Shown one piece after another: positions 1-9,567 of a stretch of DNA of 64,000 bases. Source of the stretch: Alphaproteobacteria bacterium (GTDB lineage Bacteria > Pseudomonadota > Alphaproteobacteria > MPNO01). How positions within the stretch are numbered: position 1 is the stretch's first letter; every line of letters starts with the position of its first letter. The notes under the pieces were generated by a model that was given only the letters and a program-made list of their open reading frames with translations, was not told where the DNA came from and made no database searches. A program made the translations under genes and the position numbers. The DNA lies in assembly GCA_964291675.2 (NCBI GenBank), contig OZ219866.1, positions 2,176,001-2,240,000 of the forward strand, in the 5' to 3' direction.

Positions 1-2618
1 TTGCCGATACAGTCCTTGTTCTTCGACACCATGCGCTGCAACCCCAGCATGCGCGCCGTGGAATGGCCGTTCAGCTCGTTGCCGGCCGCGTGTCCCTTCT
101 CGATCCGCATCACCCCGAGCGCCTCGGTGCCGTAGGCGACCGCATCGAACTCCTCGCCGGCCGCAAACAGCGCTTCCATCAGCGCCTCGCCGTAGCGCGC
201 CGGCACGGCGATCTCGTAGGCCAGCTCGCCGGAGAACGAGATGCGGAACAGCCGGGCCGGCGTTCCGCCGCGCACGGCGATCTCGCCGCACGCCATGAAG
301 GGGAAGGTTTCGTCGGAGATGTCGTGCTCGGGATCGACGATCTTCTCCAGCAGCCTTCGCGAGTTGGGGCCGGCGACGGCGAACTGCGCCCACTGCTCGG
401 TCGCCGAGATCAGATGCACGTCGAGCCCGGGCCACAGGCACTGGCGGGCGAACTCCATGTTGCGGAACACCAGCACCGCGTTCGCCGTGGTCGTCGTCAT
501 GACGAAATGGTTCTCGCCGAGCCGCGCCGTCGTGCCGTCGTCGTAGACGAAGCCGTCCTCGCGCAGCATCAGGCCGTAGCGCACCTTGCCGACCGCGAGT
601 CTGGCGAAGCCGTTGGCGTAGATCCGGTTCACGAATTCCTGCGCGTCGCGTCCCTGGATGTCGATCTTGCCGAGCGTCGTCACGTCGCAGATGCCGACCG
701 AGGAGCGGGTCTGCAACACCTCCCGGTCGACCGACTGCCGCCAATGGGTCTCGCCCGGCAGCGGAAACCATTGCGCGCGCAGCCACATGCCGGTCTCGAC
801 GAACACGGCGCCCCGCCGTTCCGCCCAGTCGTGGCTCGGGGTCAGCCGGGTCGGTCGGAAGTCGCTGCCGCGCGAGCGCCCGCCGAAGGCCCCGATGGGG
901 ACCGGCGCATAGGGCGGGCGGAACACGGTCGTCCCGGTCTCGGCGATGCCGCGCCCGGTCAGCCCGGCCATGACCGCGAGCCCCAGCACATTGGCCGTCC
1001 TGCCCTGGTCGGTCGCCATGCCGAGCGTGGTGTAGCGCTTCAGATGCTCGACCGAGCGGAAGCCCTCGCGATGCGACTGTTCGACGTCCTTCACCGTCAC
1101 GTCGTTCTGCAGGTCGAGCCACGCGCGGCCCTTGCTCTCCCGAACGTGCCAGAAGGGGGCGATGTCGCCCGCCTCGTCGCTCGCGCCGGGCGGATCGCCC
1201 GCGGAATGTGGAATGCCGAGCTCTCCGAGCGCCTCGACCGCCGACCGGTGGCCCTCTGCGAGCGCCGCCGCGGTCGTCAGGCTGCCGCCGGCCGCGCCGG
1301 CGACGGCCATGCAAGGGGGCAGGTCGCCGCCCGGCACGAAAGCGGCGATTTCTTCGCGCCAGACCGGCCTGCCCCCGTGATGACAGGTCAGGTGGACGTT
1401 CGGGCTCCAGCCGCCGGAGACCGCGAGGCAATCCAGCGCGATCCGTTCGCCGGTCGCCAGCGTCACGCCCTTCAGGCCGTGGCGGCCCCGGGTCGCGGTC
1501 ACGCGGCCCCCCATCGCGATCCGGGCGCCCGGGACCTCGAACGGGGGCGCGCGATCCCGCACGTCGACGACCGCGGCAACCGATACGCCCCTGGCGGCGA
1601 GATCCGCCGCCGTGCGCCAGCCGTCGTCGTTGTTGACGAACAGCCCCACGTGGCGGCCCGCGCCGACCGCGAACCGGTTGGCGTAGGCCCGCGTTGCCCC
1701 AGCCAGCATGATCCCCGGGCGGTCGTTGCCGGCAAACGCGATCGGCCGCTCGGTAGCGCCCGCGCACAGAATCGCGCGCTTGCTGTAGATCCGCCACAGG
1801 ATCTGGCGCGGTTTTCCGTCCGCCGCGGCCAGATGATCCGTCCGGCGTTCCAGCGCGCCGTAGATACCGTGGTCGTAGGCGCCGAACACCGTGGTCCGCG
1901 GCATCGGGCGGACCCTCTCCATGGACGCCAGCTCGCCTACCGCCTCGGCCGCCCAGGCGGCGCCGGGCCGGCCGTCGACCTCATGGGTCTCGGCATTGAG
2001 CCGCCCGCCCATGACGAAATCCTCGTCGGCCAGGATGACCCGCGCGCCGCTTCGCCCGGCGGCTAGCGCGGCGGCAAGCCCGGCCGGACCCGCGCCGACG
2101 ACCAGCAGGTCGCAATGCAGGAAGCCCTTGTCGTAGCTGTCGGGGTCGGCCTCGCCCGACAGGCGTCCCAGACCGGCGGCCTCGCGGATGGCGGGCTCGT
2201 AGACCCGCTCCCAGAAGCTCTTCGGCCACATGAAGGTCTTGTAGTAGAAGCCGGCCGAGAGAAAGGGCGCGAGCAGGTCGTTGACCGCCATCAGGTCGCA
2301 GCGCAACGAGCCGAGGTGGTTCTGGCTCCTCGCCTCCAGCCCGTCGAACAGCTCGGCGACGGTTGCCCGCGTGTTCGGCTCCCGGTGCGCGCCGCTGCGC
2401 AGCTCGACCAGCGCGTTGGGCTCCTCCGAGCCGGAAGCGAAGACGCCGCGGGGCCGGTGGTACTTGAAGCTCCGCCCGACCAGCCGGATCCCGTTGGCGA
2501 GCAGCGCCGAGGCCAGGGTATCGCCGGGATGGCCGGTCAGCCGCCTTCCGTCGAAGCGGAAGGCGAGGCTGCGGGCGCGGTCGATCGCGCCGCCGTCCAG
2601 CCGGAACGGGCCGCTCAC
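1..2618 (-). CDS. soxA: Heterotetrameric sarcosine oxidase-family alpha subunit (N-methylglutamate dehydrogenase MgdC-like); 3' end outside window
   Basis: Not in the ORF track because it runs off the edge. Manual translation from GTG at 2618 (overlapping the soxD stop) gives SGPFRLDGGAIDR...GDTLASALLANG..VGRSFKYHRPRG...AGFYYKTFMWP...VVGAGPAGLAAA, typical of SoxA; C-terminal part is GcvT-like. Confidence 0.92.
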   Translation of the reverse strand, partial: MSGPFRLDGGAIDRARSLAFRFDGRRLTGHPGDTLASALLANGIRLVGRSFKYHRPRGVFASGSEEPNALVELRSGAHREPNTRATVAELFDGLEARSQNHLGSLRCDLMAVNDLLAPFLSAGFYYKTFMWPKSFWERVYEPAIREAAGLGRLSGEADPDSYDKGFLHCDLLVVGAGPAGLAAALAAGRSGARVILADEDFVMGGRLNAETHEVDGRPGAAWAAEAVGELASMERVRPMPRTTVFGAYDHGIYGALERRTDHLAAADGKPRQILWRIYSKRAILCAGATERPIAFAGNDRPGIMLAGATRAYANRFAVGAGRHVGLFVNNDDGWRTAADLAARGVSVAAVVDVRDRAPPFEVPGARIAMGGRVTATRGRHGLKGVTLATGERIALDCLAVSGGWSPNVHLTCHHGGRPVWREEIAAFVPGGDLPPCMAVAGAAGGSLTTAAALAEGHRSAVEALGELGIPHSAGDPPGASDEAGDIAPFWHVRESKGRAWLDLQNDVTVKDVEQSHREGFRSVEHLKRYTTLGMATDQGRTANVLGLAVMAGLTGRGIAETGTTVFRPPYAPVPIGAFGGRSRGSDFRPTRLTPSHDWAERRGAVFVETGMWLRAQWFPLPGETHWRQSVDREVLQTRSSVGICDVTTLGKIDIQGRDAQEFVNRIYANGFARLAVGKVRYGLMLREDGFVYDDGTTARLGENHFVMTTTTANAVLVFRNMEFARQCLWPGLDVHLISATEQWAQFAVAGPNSRRLLEKIVDPEHDISDETFPFMACGEIAVRGGTPARLFRISFSGELAYEIAVPARYGEALMEALFAAGEEFDAVAYGTEALGVMRIEKGHAAGNELNGHSTARMLGLQRMVSKNKDCIG

Positions 2619-2902
2619 CGGTCCCGCCCCCTGGCGAGCGCGACATCGCGCGCCAGCTCGACCCGGACGATCTCGTGGGTCAGCGTGTCGCGGGTCACCA
2701 CCAGCCAGGACCGGTCGCCCTGCTCGTGAAACCAGAGCTCGCGGTGCTCGCCGGCCGGGTTGTCGCGCAGATGGAGATAGTCGTGGAACCGCCGCCCCGC
2801 GTCGTCCGCCTGCCAGTCGGGCCGGTCGATCAGCGCGGCATCGCCCAGATAGACGAACTCCGCCGCATCGCGCGGGCCGAGCAGGGGATGGTCGATGATC
2901 AC
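2615..2902 (-). CDS. soxD: Sarcosine oxidase-family delta subunit (MgdB-like)
   Basis: 95 aa, GPRDAAEF..., YLHLRDNPAGEHRELWFH, WLVVTRDTLTHEI; lies between beta and alpha subunits. Confidence 0.9.
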   Translation of the reverse strand: MIIDHPLLGPRDAAEFVYLGDAALIDRPDWQADDAGRRFHDYLHLRDNPAGEHRELWFHEQGDRSWLVVTRDTLTHEIVRVELARDVALARGRDR

Positions 2903-2911
2903 GCCGTCCCC

Positions 2912-4162
2912 CTAGTGCAGGTTCGGCTGGGCGCCGGCGCCGTTCTCGGCGATCGGGGCGCCGGTGGCGAAACGGTCGAGCCGCATCGCCGCGGCGGCGG
3001 GGTGCGGCGCGCCGGTCGCCACCAGATGGGCCAGGCAATAGCCGCCCGCCGGGATCGCCTTGAAGCCGCCATAGCACCAGCCGCCGGTGAAATAGAGGCC
3101 CTCGACCGGAGTCCTGTCGATGAAGGGCGAGCCGTCCATCGACATGTCGACCACGCCGCCCCACATGCGCAGCACCCGCGCCCGGCCGATCGCCGGCATC
3201 AGCGCCATGCCGCCCTCGCAGACATCCTCCACCGTCGGCAGATTGCCCCGCCGGGCGTATGAGTTGTAGCCGTCGAGATCGCCGCCGAAGACGATTCCGC
3301 CCTTGTCCGACTGGCATACGTAGAAATGCCCGGCCCCGAAGGTGATCGCGCCGTGGATGAGGGGTTTCAGCCCTTCGGTCACGCAGGCCTGCAGGACATG
3401 GCTCTCGATCGGCAGGCGTAGCCCGGCGAGCTCCATCACCCGGCTGGACGAGCCGGCGGCGCAGACCGCCACCCTGTTCGCGCCGATGGCGCCGCGCGTC
3501 GTCTCGACGCCCCGGCAGACCCCGTCCCGGATGTCGAAGCCGGTGACCTCGCAGTTCTGGATCAAATCGACGCCGCGCCGGTCGGCGCCCCTTGCATAGC
3601 CCCAGACCACCGCGTCGTGGCGCGCCGTGCCGGCGCGCGGTTGCCACAGACCGCCCTTGATGGGGAAGCGCTCGTTGTCGAAGTCGAAGAACGGGAACTT
3701 GCGTTGCAGCGCTTCGCGGTCGAGCAGCACCGCATCCACCCCGGCCAGGATCATGGCGTTGCCGCGCCGGGCGGCGGCGTCGCGCTGGGGATCGTTGTGG
3801 AGCAGGTTGACGATCCCGCGCTGCGAGACCATGGCGTTGTAGTTGAGCTCCCGTTCCAGCCCCTCCCACAGCTTCATCGACAGTTCGTAAAAATGCTGGT
3901 TGCCGGGCAGCAGATAGTTGGACCGGACGATGGTCGTGTTGCGTCCGACATTGCCGGAGCCGAGCCAGCCCTTTTCCAGCACCGCGACATCGGTGAGCCC
4001 GTGCCGCTTCGCCAGATAGTAGGCCGTGGCGACGCCGTGCCCGCCGCCGCCCACGACGACGATGTCGTAGCGCCGCCTGGGCTCCGGCTCGCGCCAGAGC
4101 GGCTTCCAGCCGCGATTGCCGGTCAGGCCTTGCCTGAGGATTTGCAGGGCGGAATAGCGCAT
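2912..4162 (-). CDS. soxB: Sarcosine oxidase-family beta subunit (MgdA-like flavoprotein)
   Basis: MRYSALQ start (ATG 4162); VVGGGGHG FAD motif, GNVGRNTTIVRSNY, GTARHDAVVWGYA, GWCYGGFKA. Confidence 0.93.
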   Translation of the reverse strand: MRYSALQILRQGLTGNRGWKPLWREPEPRRRYDIVVVGGGGHGVATAYYLAKRHGLTDVAVLEKGWLGSGNVGRNTTIVRSNYLLPGNQHFYELSMKLWEGLERELNYNAMVSQRGIVNLLHNDPQRDAAARRGNAMILAGVDAVLLDREALQRKFPFFDFDNERFPIKGGLWQPRAGTARHDAVVWGYARGADRRGVDLIQNCEVTGFDIRDGVCRGVETTRGAIGANRVAVCAAGSSSRVMELAGLRLPIESHVLQACVTEGLKPLIHGAITFGAGHFYVCQSDKGGIVFGGDLDGYNSYARRGNLPTVEDVCEGGMALMPAIGRARVLRMWGGVVDMSMDGSPFIDRTPVEGLYFTGGWCYGGFKAIPAGGYCLAHLVATGAPHPAAAAMRLDRFATGAPIAENGAGAQPNLH

Positions 4163-4223
4163 CGCTCGGTCCACTGACCGGTCGATTGATGCGCCGGAGG
4201 GCGCGCCCATGCTTTCCTGAAAA

Positions 4224-4248
4224 GGACGTTTGTTTTAATATTTCGGAC
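4224..4248. promoter_or_regulatory. Putative AraC/GlxA-type operator (GGAC-N17-GGAC) in the soxB/regulator divergent region
   Basis: GGAC at 4224 and 4245 (21-bp period) around an AT-rich spacer; similar pattern at 8504-8528. Confidence 0.3.
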
Positions 4249-5235
4249 ATGACGAAGCCGAACCCGGCCGCCCGCCGAATCGCCTTCCTGCTGGTCGAGG
4301 GATTCGCCCTGATGTCGTTCGCGGCCGTGACCGAGCCCTTGCGCGCGGCCAATTTGCTGGCCGGCAGGCGCATATACGAGACCTCCTTTTTCGCGGCGGG
4401 ATCGAGGCCCTCGGAGTTCCTCGACAGCTCGTCCGCGGCCTCGGTGGCGGTGGCGGCGCTCGGCGAAGCCACCGGCGAGTTCGACCTCGCCTTCGTCGTG
4501 GCCGGGGGCGATCCGGTCGGCTTCCGCGACGACGGCGCGTTCCAGTGGTTGCGGCGTCAGGCCCGGCACGGCTGCGTGCTTGGCGGGGTTTCCGGCGGTC
4601 CCGCGGTGCTCGCCAATGCCGGCGTCATGCGGAACCGGCGGATGACGCTTCACTGGGAGCATTCGGCCGCGCTGGAGGAGCGTCATCCCGGCCTGCTCCT
4701 GGAACGGACCCTTTACGTGGTGGACCGGGACCGCATGACCTGTGCCGGCGGCACGGCGCCGCTGGACATGATGCATGCCCTGATCGCCGAGCACCACGGT
4801 ACCGACTTCGCCCGCAGGGTCAGCGACTGGTTCATGCATACCGACGTGCGTCCCGCCGGCGGTCCGCAGCGGGCCGGTCTGGCGCAGCGCTACGGCACCA
4901 ACAGCCACACCGTGCTGGCCGCCATCGAGACCATGGAGAACCACATCGCCGACCCGCTCCCCTTGTCGGATCTGGCCCGGCTTGTCGGGGTGAGCGCGCG
5001 TCACCTGAACCGGCAGTTCGGCGCCGATCTGGGGTGCAGCGCCGGCGCGTTCTACCGCGATCTGCGCCTCGGCAAGTCGCGCGAGCTGTTGCGCCAGACC
5101 GCCCTGCCGGTGCTCGAAATTGCCATCGCGTCGGGCTTTTCCAGCGCCGCCCATTTCGCGACCGCCTACAGGAGGCGGTTCGGCGAGGCCCCGTCGCGCC
5201 ATCGCCTGGACGCGCTGCCGGCGAACCAATTCTGA
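4249..5235 (+). CDS. GlxA-family transcriptional regulator (DJ-1/PfpI-like domain + AraC HTH)
   Basis: FALMSFAAVTEPLRAAN, TLHWEH, TCAGGTAPLD, C-terminal IAIASGFSSAAHFATAYRRRFG; start taken at ATG 4249. Confidence 0.9.
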   Translation: MTKPNPAARRIAFLLVEGFALMSFAAVTEPLRAANLLAGRRIYETSFFAAGSRPSEFLDSSSAASVAVAALGEATGEFDLAFVVAGGDPVGFRDDGAFQWLRRQARHGCVLGGVSGGPAVLANAGVMRNRRMTLHWEHSAALEERHPGLLLERTLYVVDRDRMTCAGGTAPLDMMHALIAEHHGTDFARRVSDWFMHTDVRPAGGPQRAGLAQRYGTNSHTVLAAIETMENHIADPLPLSDLARLVGVSARHLNRQFGADLGCSAGAFYRDLRLGKSRELLRQTALPVLEIAIASGFSSAAHFATAYRRRFGEAPSRHRLDALPANQF

Positions 5236-5399
5236 CCAATGTGGATCGCTTGCAACCAAGATTGTTGAAGCATCTTCCGGAAACGGCCATGCTTCACCGG
5301 CGTGGACAGGCGCCGGCCGGCACTCGATCGGATGCAACCGGTTTCCACCTGCGGCCGGGCGCCAAGGACAACCGCTCGAGTATCTGGGGAGCCAAGGCC

Positions 5400-6755
5400 A
5401 TGGAAGGCAATCTCAACGCCATAACGACGGTATTCACCGAGTTCTACTACTGGGCGACCATCCCGCTGATGTTCTTCATCCATATCGGCTTCTGCATGTA
5501 CGAGGTCGGCGCCAGCCGGCGGCGCAACCACATGCACACGCTGATGAAGAACACGATGCTGATCCCGCTGGTGACGATCACGTTCTTCTTCTTCGGCTGG
5601 TGGCTCTACTGGGCCATGCCGAACGGACCATGGATTACCGGCGGTCTCGACCTCGAGGCCGCGGCGGCCAACACGGCCTGGTCGGAGACCATGGGCCCGC
5701 ATGCCGGCGACCGCATCACCGGGGTGTTCTGGGCGGCCTTCCTGCTGTTCTCCTGGACGGCGGCCTCGATCGTCTCGGGATCGGTGATCGAACGGATCAA
5801 TTCCGGCGCGTTCTGGATCCTGGCGGTGGTGATCGGATCGGTCGCCTGGATCATCGATGCCGCCTGGGGCTGGCACTATGGCGGCTGGATGGTGCAGGTG
5901 CTCGGCTATCACGACGCCTACGCATCGGGCGTGATCCACGCGATCGCCGGCGGCTTCGCGCTCGGCATCCTGTTCGTGCTGGGGCCCAGGCTGGGCAAGT
6001 TCGCCAAGGACGGCACGCCGCGGGATATCACGCCGCACAACCCGTGGATGGTGTGCCTCGGGCTGTTCTTCATCTATGCCGGGTTCTGGGGCTTCTACGT
6101 GGCCTGCAACGTGCCGCTCATCGATCCCCCGACCATCGACGGCCAGATCACGGGCGCGACCTGGACGGCGACGACGATCTACCTGACGCCGACCACGCTC
6201 GGCGCGATCACGGTGAACTTCCTGATGTCGCTGTCGGGCGGTCTCCTGGTCGGCTACCTGGTCTCCGGGGGCAACGGCTTCTGGACCTATTCCGGCGGCC
6301 TGGCGGGCATCATCACGGCGTCGGCGGGCAACGACCTCTACCACCCGATCCAGGCCATGATCATCGCCGGCTTCGGCACCTGGTGCGCCTACAAGCTGCA
6401 TCACTGGGTGGAGCGCAAGTACAGGATCGACGATGCGGTCGGCGCCGTGGCGGTGCACGGCTATGCGGGGTTTATCGGCCTGGTGATCTGCGGCTTCGTG
6501 CTGTGGGGCCATCCGAGCTCGCCCTATGAAGGCTACGCCACGATCAACCCGCTCGGCCAGTTCGTCGGCGCGATCATCATGTTCTTCGTGCTCGGTTTCC
6601 TGCCCGGCTGGATCGTCGCCAAGATCCTTGCCGCGGCCGGCATGCTGCGCATCCCCAAGCAGGTCGAGCTGCTGGGGCTGGACTTCCGGACCAACCGGGA
6701 AGAACAGGCGGCCGCGGCCGACGTGCGCGCCACCGAGAAGGAAGCAGCGGCCTGA
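5400..6755 (+). CDS. Ammonium transporter (Amt) family permease, atypical; possible methylamine transporter
   Basis: From ATG 5400 (MEGNLNA); multi-TM; SIVSGSVIER, SGVIH, LGPRLGKF, IDDAVGAVAVHG motifs. Confidence 0.88.
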   Translation: MEGNLNAITTVFTEFYYWATIPLMFFIHIGFCMYEVGASRRRNHMHTLMKNTMLIPLVTITFFFFGWWLYWAMPNGPWITGGLDLEAAAANTAWSETMGPHAGDRITGVFWAAFLLFSWTAASIVSGSVIERINSGAFWILAVVIGSVAWIIDAAWGWHYGGWMVQVLGYHDAYASGVIHAIAGGFALGILFVLGPRLGKFAKDGTPRDITPHNPWMVCLGLFFIYAGFWGFYVACNVPLIDPPTIDGQITGATWTATTIYLTPTTLGAITVNFLMSLSGGLLVGYLVSGGNGFWTYSGGLAGIITASAGNDLYHPIQAMIIAGFGTWCAYKLHHWVERKYRIDDAVGAVAVHGYAGFIGLVICGFVLWGHPSSPYEGYATINPLGQFVGAIIMFFVLGFLPGWIVAKILAAAGMLRIPKQVELLGLDFRTNREEQAAAADVRATEKEAAA

Positions 6756-6790
6756 CCGGCCCGCCGGAACCGAGACAAGGAGACTGAAGC

Positions 6791-7009
6791 ATGTCTACCA
6801 CAGGCATCGAGAGCTGGGCCGTCGATCTGAAGGATGTCGGCGCCCTCTACCCCTTCCAGGGCGCCGAAGGCCTCTTCGTGATCGTCGGCGTGGCGCTGTG
6901 GATCGGCTGGCACGTGCTGCAGATCCGGGCCGAGAGGCGCGAATACGAGCAGATCGTGCGCGACCACGGCGACAACGCCACGATCGCCGAGGCGCTCGAA
7001 GGCGAGTAG
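6791..7009 (+). CDS. Small single-TM membrane protein co-oriented with amt
   Basis: 72 aa, strong RBS (AAGGAGA) upstream, one hydrophobic segment LFVIVGVALWIGWHVL. Confidence 0.75.
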   Translation: MSTTGIESWAVDLKDVGALYPFQGAEGLFVIVGVALWIGWHVLQIRAERREYEQIVRDHGDNATIAEALEGE

Positions 7010-7035
7010 TCGCGCCGCGCGGCTCCGCGACGTCG

Positions 7036-7068
7036 GGGGCCGGCAGGGGGTTCGTCCCTGCCGGCCCC
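7036..7068. terminator. GC-rich hairpin between convergent genes (likely terminator)
   Basis: GGGGCCGGCAGGG (7036-7048) pairs with CCCTGCCGGCCCC (7056-7068). Confidence 0.6.
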
Positions 7069-7077
7069 TTGGCGCGA

Positions 7078-8421
7078 TCAGCTCCAGGGGAACGGGCTGT
7101 TGCTCAGCGGGTGCAGCTTGCCCTCGGCGTAGCGGCTGAAGCGGAAGGGTTCGAGCAGGGCCTGCTTCTCGCCCATCATCTCGTCGGCCACCAGGTGGCC
7201 CACGCCGATCATCTTGAAGCCGTGATTGCTGTCGGCGACGACGTGGACGTTCTCGCAGAACGTGTCGAAGACCGGGAAGCTGTCCGGGGTGAAGCAGCCC
7301 AGACCTCCCGAGGGCTCCTTCCTGAACTTGCCGATCTGGCCGGAGAAGCGTTCCTGGCAGAAGGCGAGCGCCGAGCACCACATATGGGCGAAATCGTCGC
7401 CGACGATGAATTCCGGCGATTCCGGGCCGTAGGGATCGATCGCCACCTCGTCCGCCGGCGTCTTGACCTCGTACGGCATGGCGCCGCCCTGGACGCCGCC
7501 GAAATGGAAGTCCGGCTTGTAGTAGATGCCCCACGGCTCCTCGGCGATCAGCGACCCGTCGACGTCGGAGTGGAGCGGTGCGTCGGTGTCGACGTGGATG
7601 ACCGGCGGCATGGAGCCGTCGTTCAGCCTTTGCAGATCCGGGTCGACCCCGATGACGCCCTCCTCGAGGCACCAGTAGCGCCAGGTCGGGATGCCGTCAT
7701 GCATCCTGCCGCCGGCACCCTTGATGGAAACCTCCCGGGGCAACTCCAGCATGTCCCAGATCGTCTTGACCCACGGCCCGACCGCGACCACCACCTGCTC
7801 GCATCTGATGGTTCCCCGGTCGGTCACGACGCCGGTGACCGCATCGGAATTGCTGCCGCGCTCGAAGCCGGTGACCTCGACGCCCGTCATGATGCGCACG
7901 CCGTGCGCCTCGGCCTTGCCGGCCAGGCCGTAGACCGCGGCGGTGTTGTTAGCGTAGCCGCCTCTCTTCTCGTGCAGGACGGAGGTGATGCCCGCCGCGC
8001 GCCAGTCCGACAGCAGGCCCTTCATATAGGCCGTGCAGTCCTTCTCGCCCTCGATGAAATCGGAGTCGTAGCCGATCTCCCTCTGCTGCTCGTAGATGCT
8101 CGCGACATTCTCGCGCATCGCCTCGTGGCTGATCTGCATGTAGCCGACCGGGTGATAGCTGAACCCCCTGGGATCGGTCTCCCAGACGTCGACGCTGTGC
8201 GCCATCAGCTCGCGCATCGCCGGCTGGAAATAGTTGTTGCGCACAACGCCGCAGGCGATGCCGCTGGCGCCGGCGGCAATCGCGGTCTTGTCGAGAACCA
8301 GGATGTCCGTCCCGTTGGCCCGGCCGGACGCCTTGAGCCGTTCGGCCAGCCGCCAGGCGGTCGACAGCCCGTGAACCCCCGCGCCGATCACGACATGGCG
8401 GGCATGGGTCGGGAAAGCCAT
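7078..8421 (-). CDS. FAD-dependent oxidoreductase, DAO/monomeric sarcosine oxidase-like
   Basis: From ATG 8421 (MAFPTHARHVVIGAGVHG); GASGIACGVVRNNY; CFTPDSFPV, SNHGFKMIGVG C-terminal motifs. Confidence 0.85.
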   Translation of the reverse strand: MAFPTHARHVVIGAGVHGLSTAWRLAERLKASGRANGTDILVLDKTAIAAGASGIACGVVRNNYFQPAMRELMAHSVDVWETDPRGFSYHPVGYMQISHEAMRENVASIYEQQREIGYDSDFIEGEKDCTAYMKGLLSDWRAAGITSVLHEKRGGYANNTAAVYGLAGKAEAHGVRIMTGVEVTGFERGSNSDAVTGVVTDRGTIRCEQVVVAVGPWVKTIWDMLELPREVSIKGAGGRMHDGIPTWRYWCLEEGVIGVDPDLQRLNDGSMPPVIHVDTDAPLHSDVDGSLIAEEPWGIYYKPDFHFGGVQGGAMPYEVKTPADEVAIDPYGPESPEFIVGDDFAHMWCSALAFCQERFSGQIGKFRKEPSGGLGCFTPDSFPVFDTFCENVHVVADSNHGFKMIGVGHLVADEMMGEKQALLEPFRFSRYAEGKLHPLSNSPFPWS

Positions 8422-8503
8422 GGCGATACCCCTTCGGCAATGATGACTGTTGCGAGTGCGGGCGCATCCTGCGCTTTCCGAAACGAAGGAAAAACCATGT
8501 AGC

Positions 8504-8528
8504 GGACAGAAAACGTCACTATTCTGAC
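8504..8528. promoter_or_regulatory. Putative AraC/GlxA-type operator (GGAC-N17-TGAC)
   Basis: Same 21-bp spacing and TATT(T)C context as 4224-4248, in the second divergent enzyme/regulator interval. Confidence 0.3.
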
Positions 8529-8559
8529 GATCGCCGCCCATAATTCGGGAAACGCAACC

Positions 8560-9525
8560 ATGGCGAAGGCGGAGCCGGTCGAGGTCGACTTCTTCCTGGT
8601 GCCGGGCTTTTCGCTGCTCGCGCTCTCCTGCGCGGTCGATGCGCTGCGCGCGGCCAACCTGGTGCTCGACCGCCCGGCCTATCGGTGGCGGCTGTCGGCC
8701 GATGCCGAGGGTGCCGAGGCGGGCGTGGCCTCGTCCAGCCATATCCGCCTCGCCGCGGCGCCGCTTTCCGGCCCGCCCGGTGGCGCCGGCGATCTGATCG
8801 CGGTGGTCGGCGGCGAGCGGTCGCACGATTACGATTCGCCGCCGCTGGCCGCCGCGCTCGGCCGCGCGGCCGGGCGCGGCGCCCGGATCGGCTCGATCTC
8901 CGACGGCGCGTTCCCTGTCGCCGCCGCCGGGCTGTTCGACGGCTACCGCTCGACCATCCACTGGAAATGCCTGGATGCCTATCGCGAGCGCTTCCCCGGT
9001 CTCGACATCCGCACCTCGATATTCGAGATCGACCGCAACCGGTTCAGCTGCGCCGGCGGGACCACCAGCCTCGACCTGATGCTCACATTCGTCATGGAGG
9101 CGCATGGCGCGGAGACCGCCGCCCTGGTGGCCGAGAACTACGTGCACGACCGGATTCGCGAATCGGCGCAGGAGCAGCAGGTTACCGCCGCCATCCGCAT
9201 GGCCGGCCGCAAGCGGCACCTGGCGGAGGCGATCCTGATCATGGAGCGGCACCTGGAAGACCCGCTCCCGGTCGGGCATATCGCCGATTCCGTCGGGCTG
9301 TCGGTCCGCCAGCTCGCCCGGCTGTTCCGCGACCATCTACGGCGCCCGCCGGGCAGGTTCTATCTCGACCTCAGGATCGACCGCGCCGCCAGCCTGCTGC
9401 GCCAGACCGGGCTCAGCGTCTCCGAGATCGCCGTCGGCTGCGGCTTCCAGTCCGCCTCCCATCTCGGCCGCCACCTCAAACGCCGCCACGGCACCACGCC
9501 CGGCCAGTGGCGCCGCGGGCCTTAG
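8560..9525 (+). CDS. GlxA-family AraC transcriptional regulator
   Basis: PGFSLLALSCAVDALRAAN, STIHW, SCAGGTTSLD, IAVGCGFQSASHL. Confidence 0.9.
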   Translation: MAKAEPVEVDFFLVPGFSLLALSCAVDALRAANLVLDRPAYRWRLSADAEGAEAGVASSSHIRLAAAPLSGPPGGAGDLIAVVGGERSHDYDSPPLAAALGRAAGRGARIGSISDGAFPVAAAGLFDGYRSTIHWKCLDAYRERFPGLDIRTSIFEIDRNRFSCAGGTTSLDLMLTFVMEAHGAETAALVAENYVHDRIRESAQEQQVTAAIRMAGRKRHLAEAILIMERHLEDPLPVGHIADSVGLSVRQLARLFRDHLRRPPGRFYLDLRIDRAASLLRQTGLSVSEIAVGCGFQSASHLGRHLKRRHGTTPGQWRRGP

Positions 9526-9567
9526 GGCGTCTCGGTCTCCGCCGGACTCTTGCGGGCGTTCCTCGAT

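Noticed and set aside
63-2066. 667-aa plus-strand ORF
   Set aside because: Antisense shadow of soxA, which has clear motifs on the minus strand; typical high-GC artefact.
4545-5399. Apparent N-terminal extension of the Amt ORF (736 aa)
   Set aside because: Overlaps the AraC gene in another frame and is low-complexity; Amt similarity starts at ATG 5400.
8422-9336. Apparent 752-aa version of the FAD oxidoreductase
   Set aside because: The extension is antisense to the GlxA regulator; the FAD motif follows ATG 8421.
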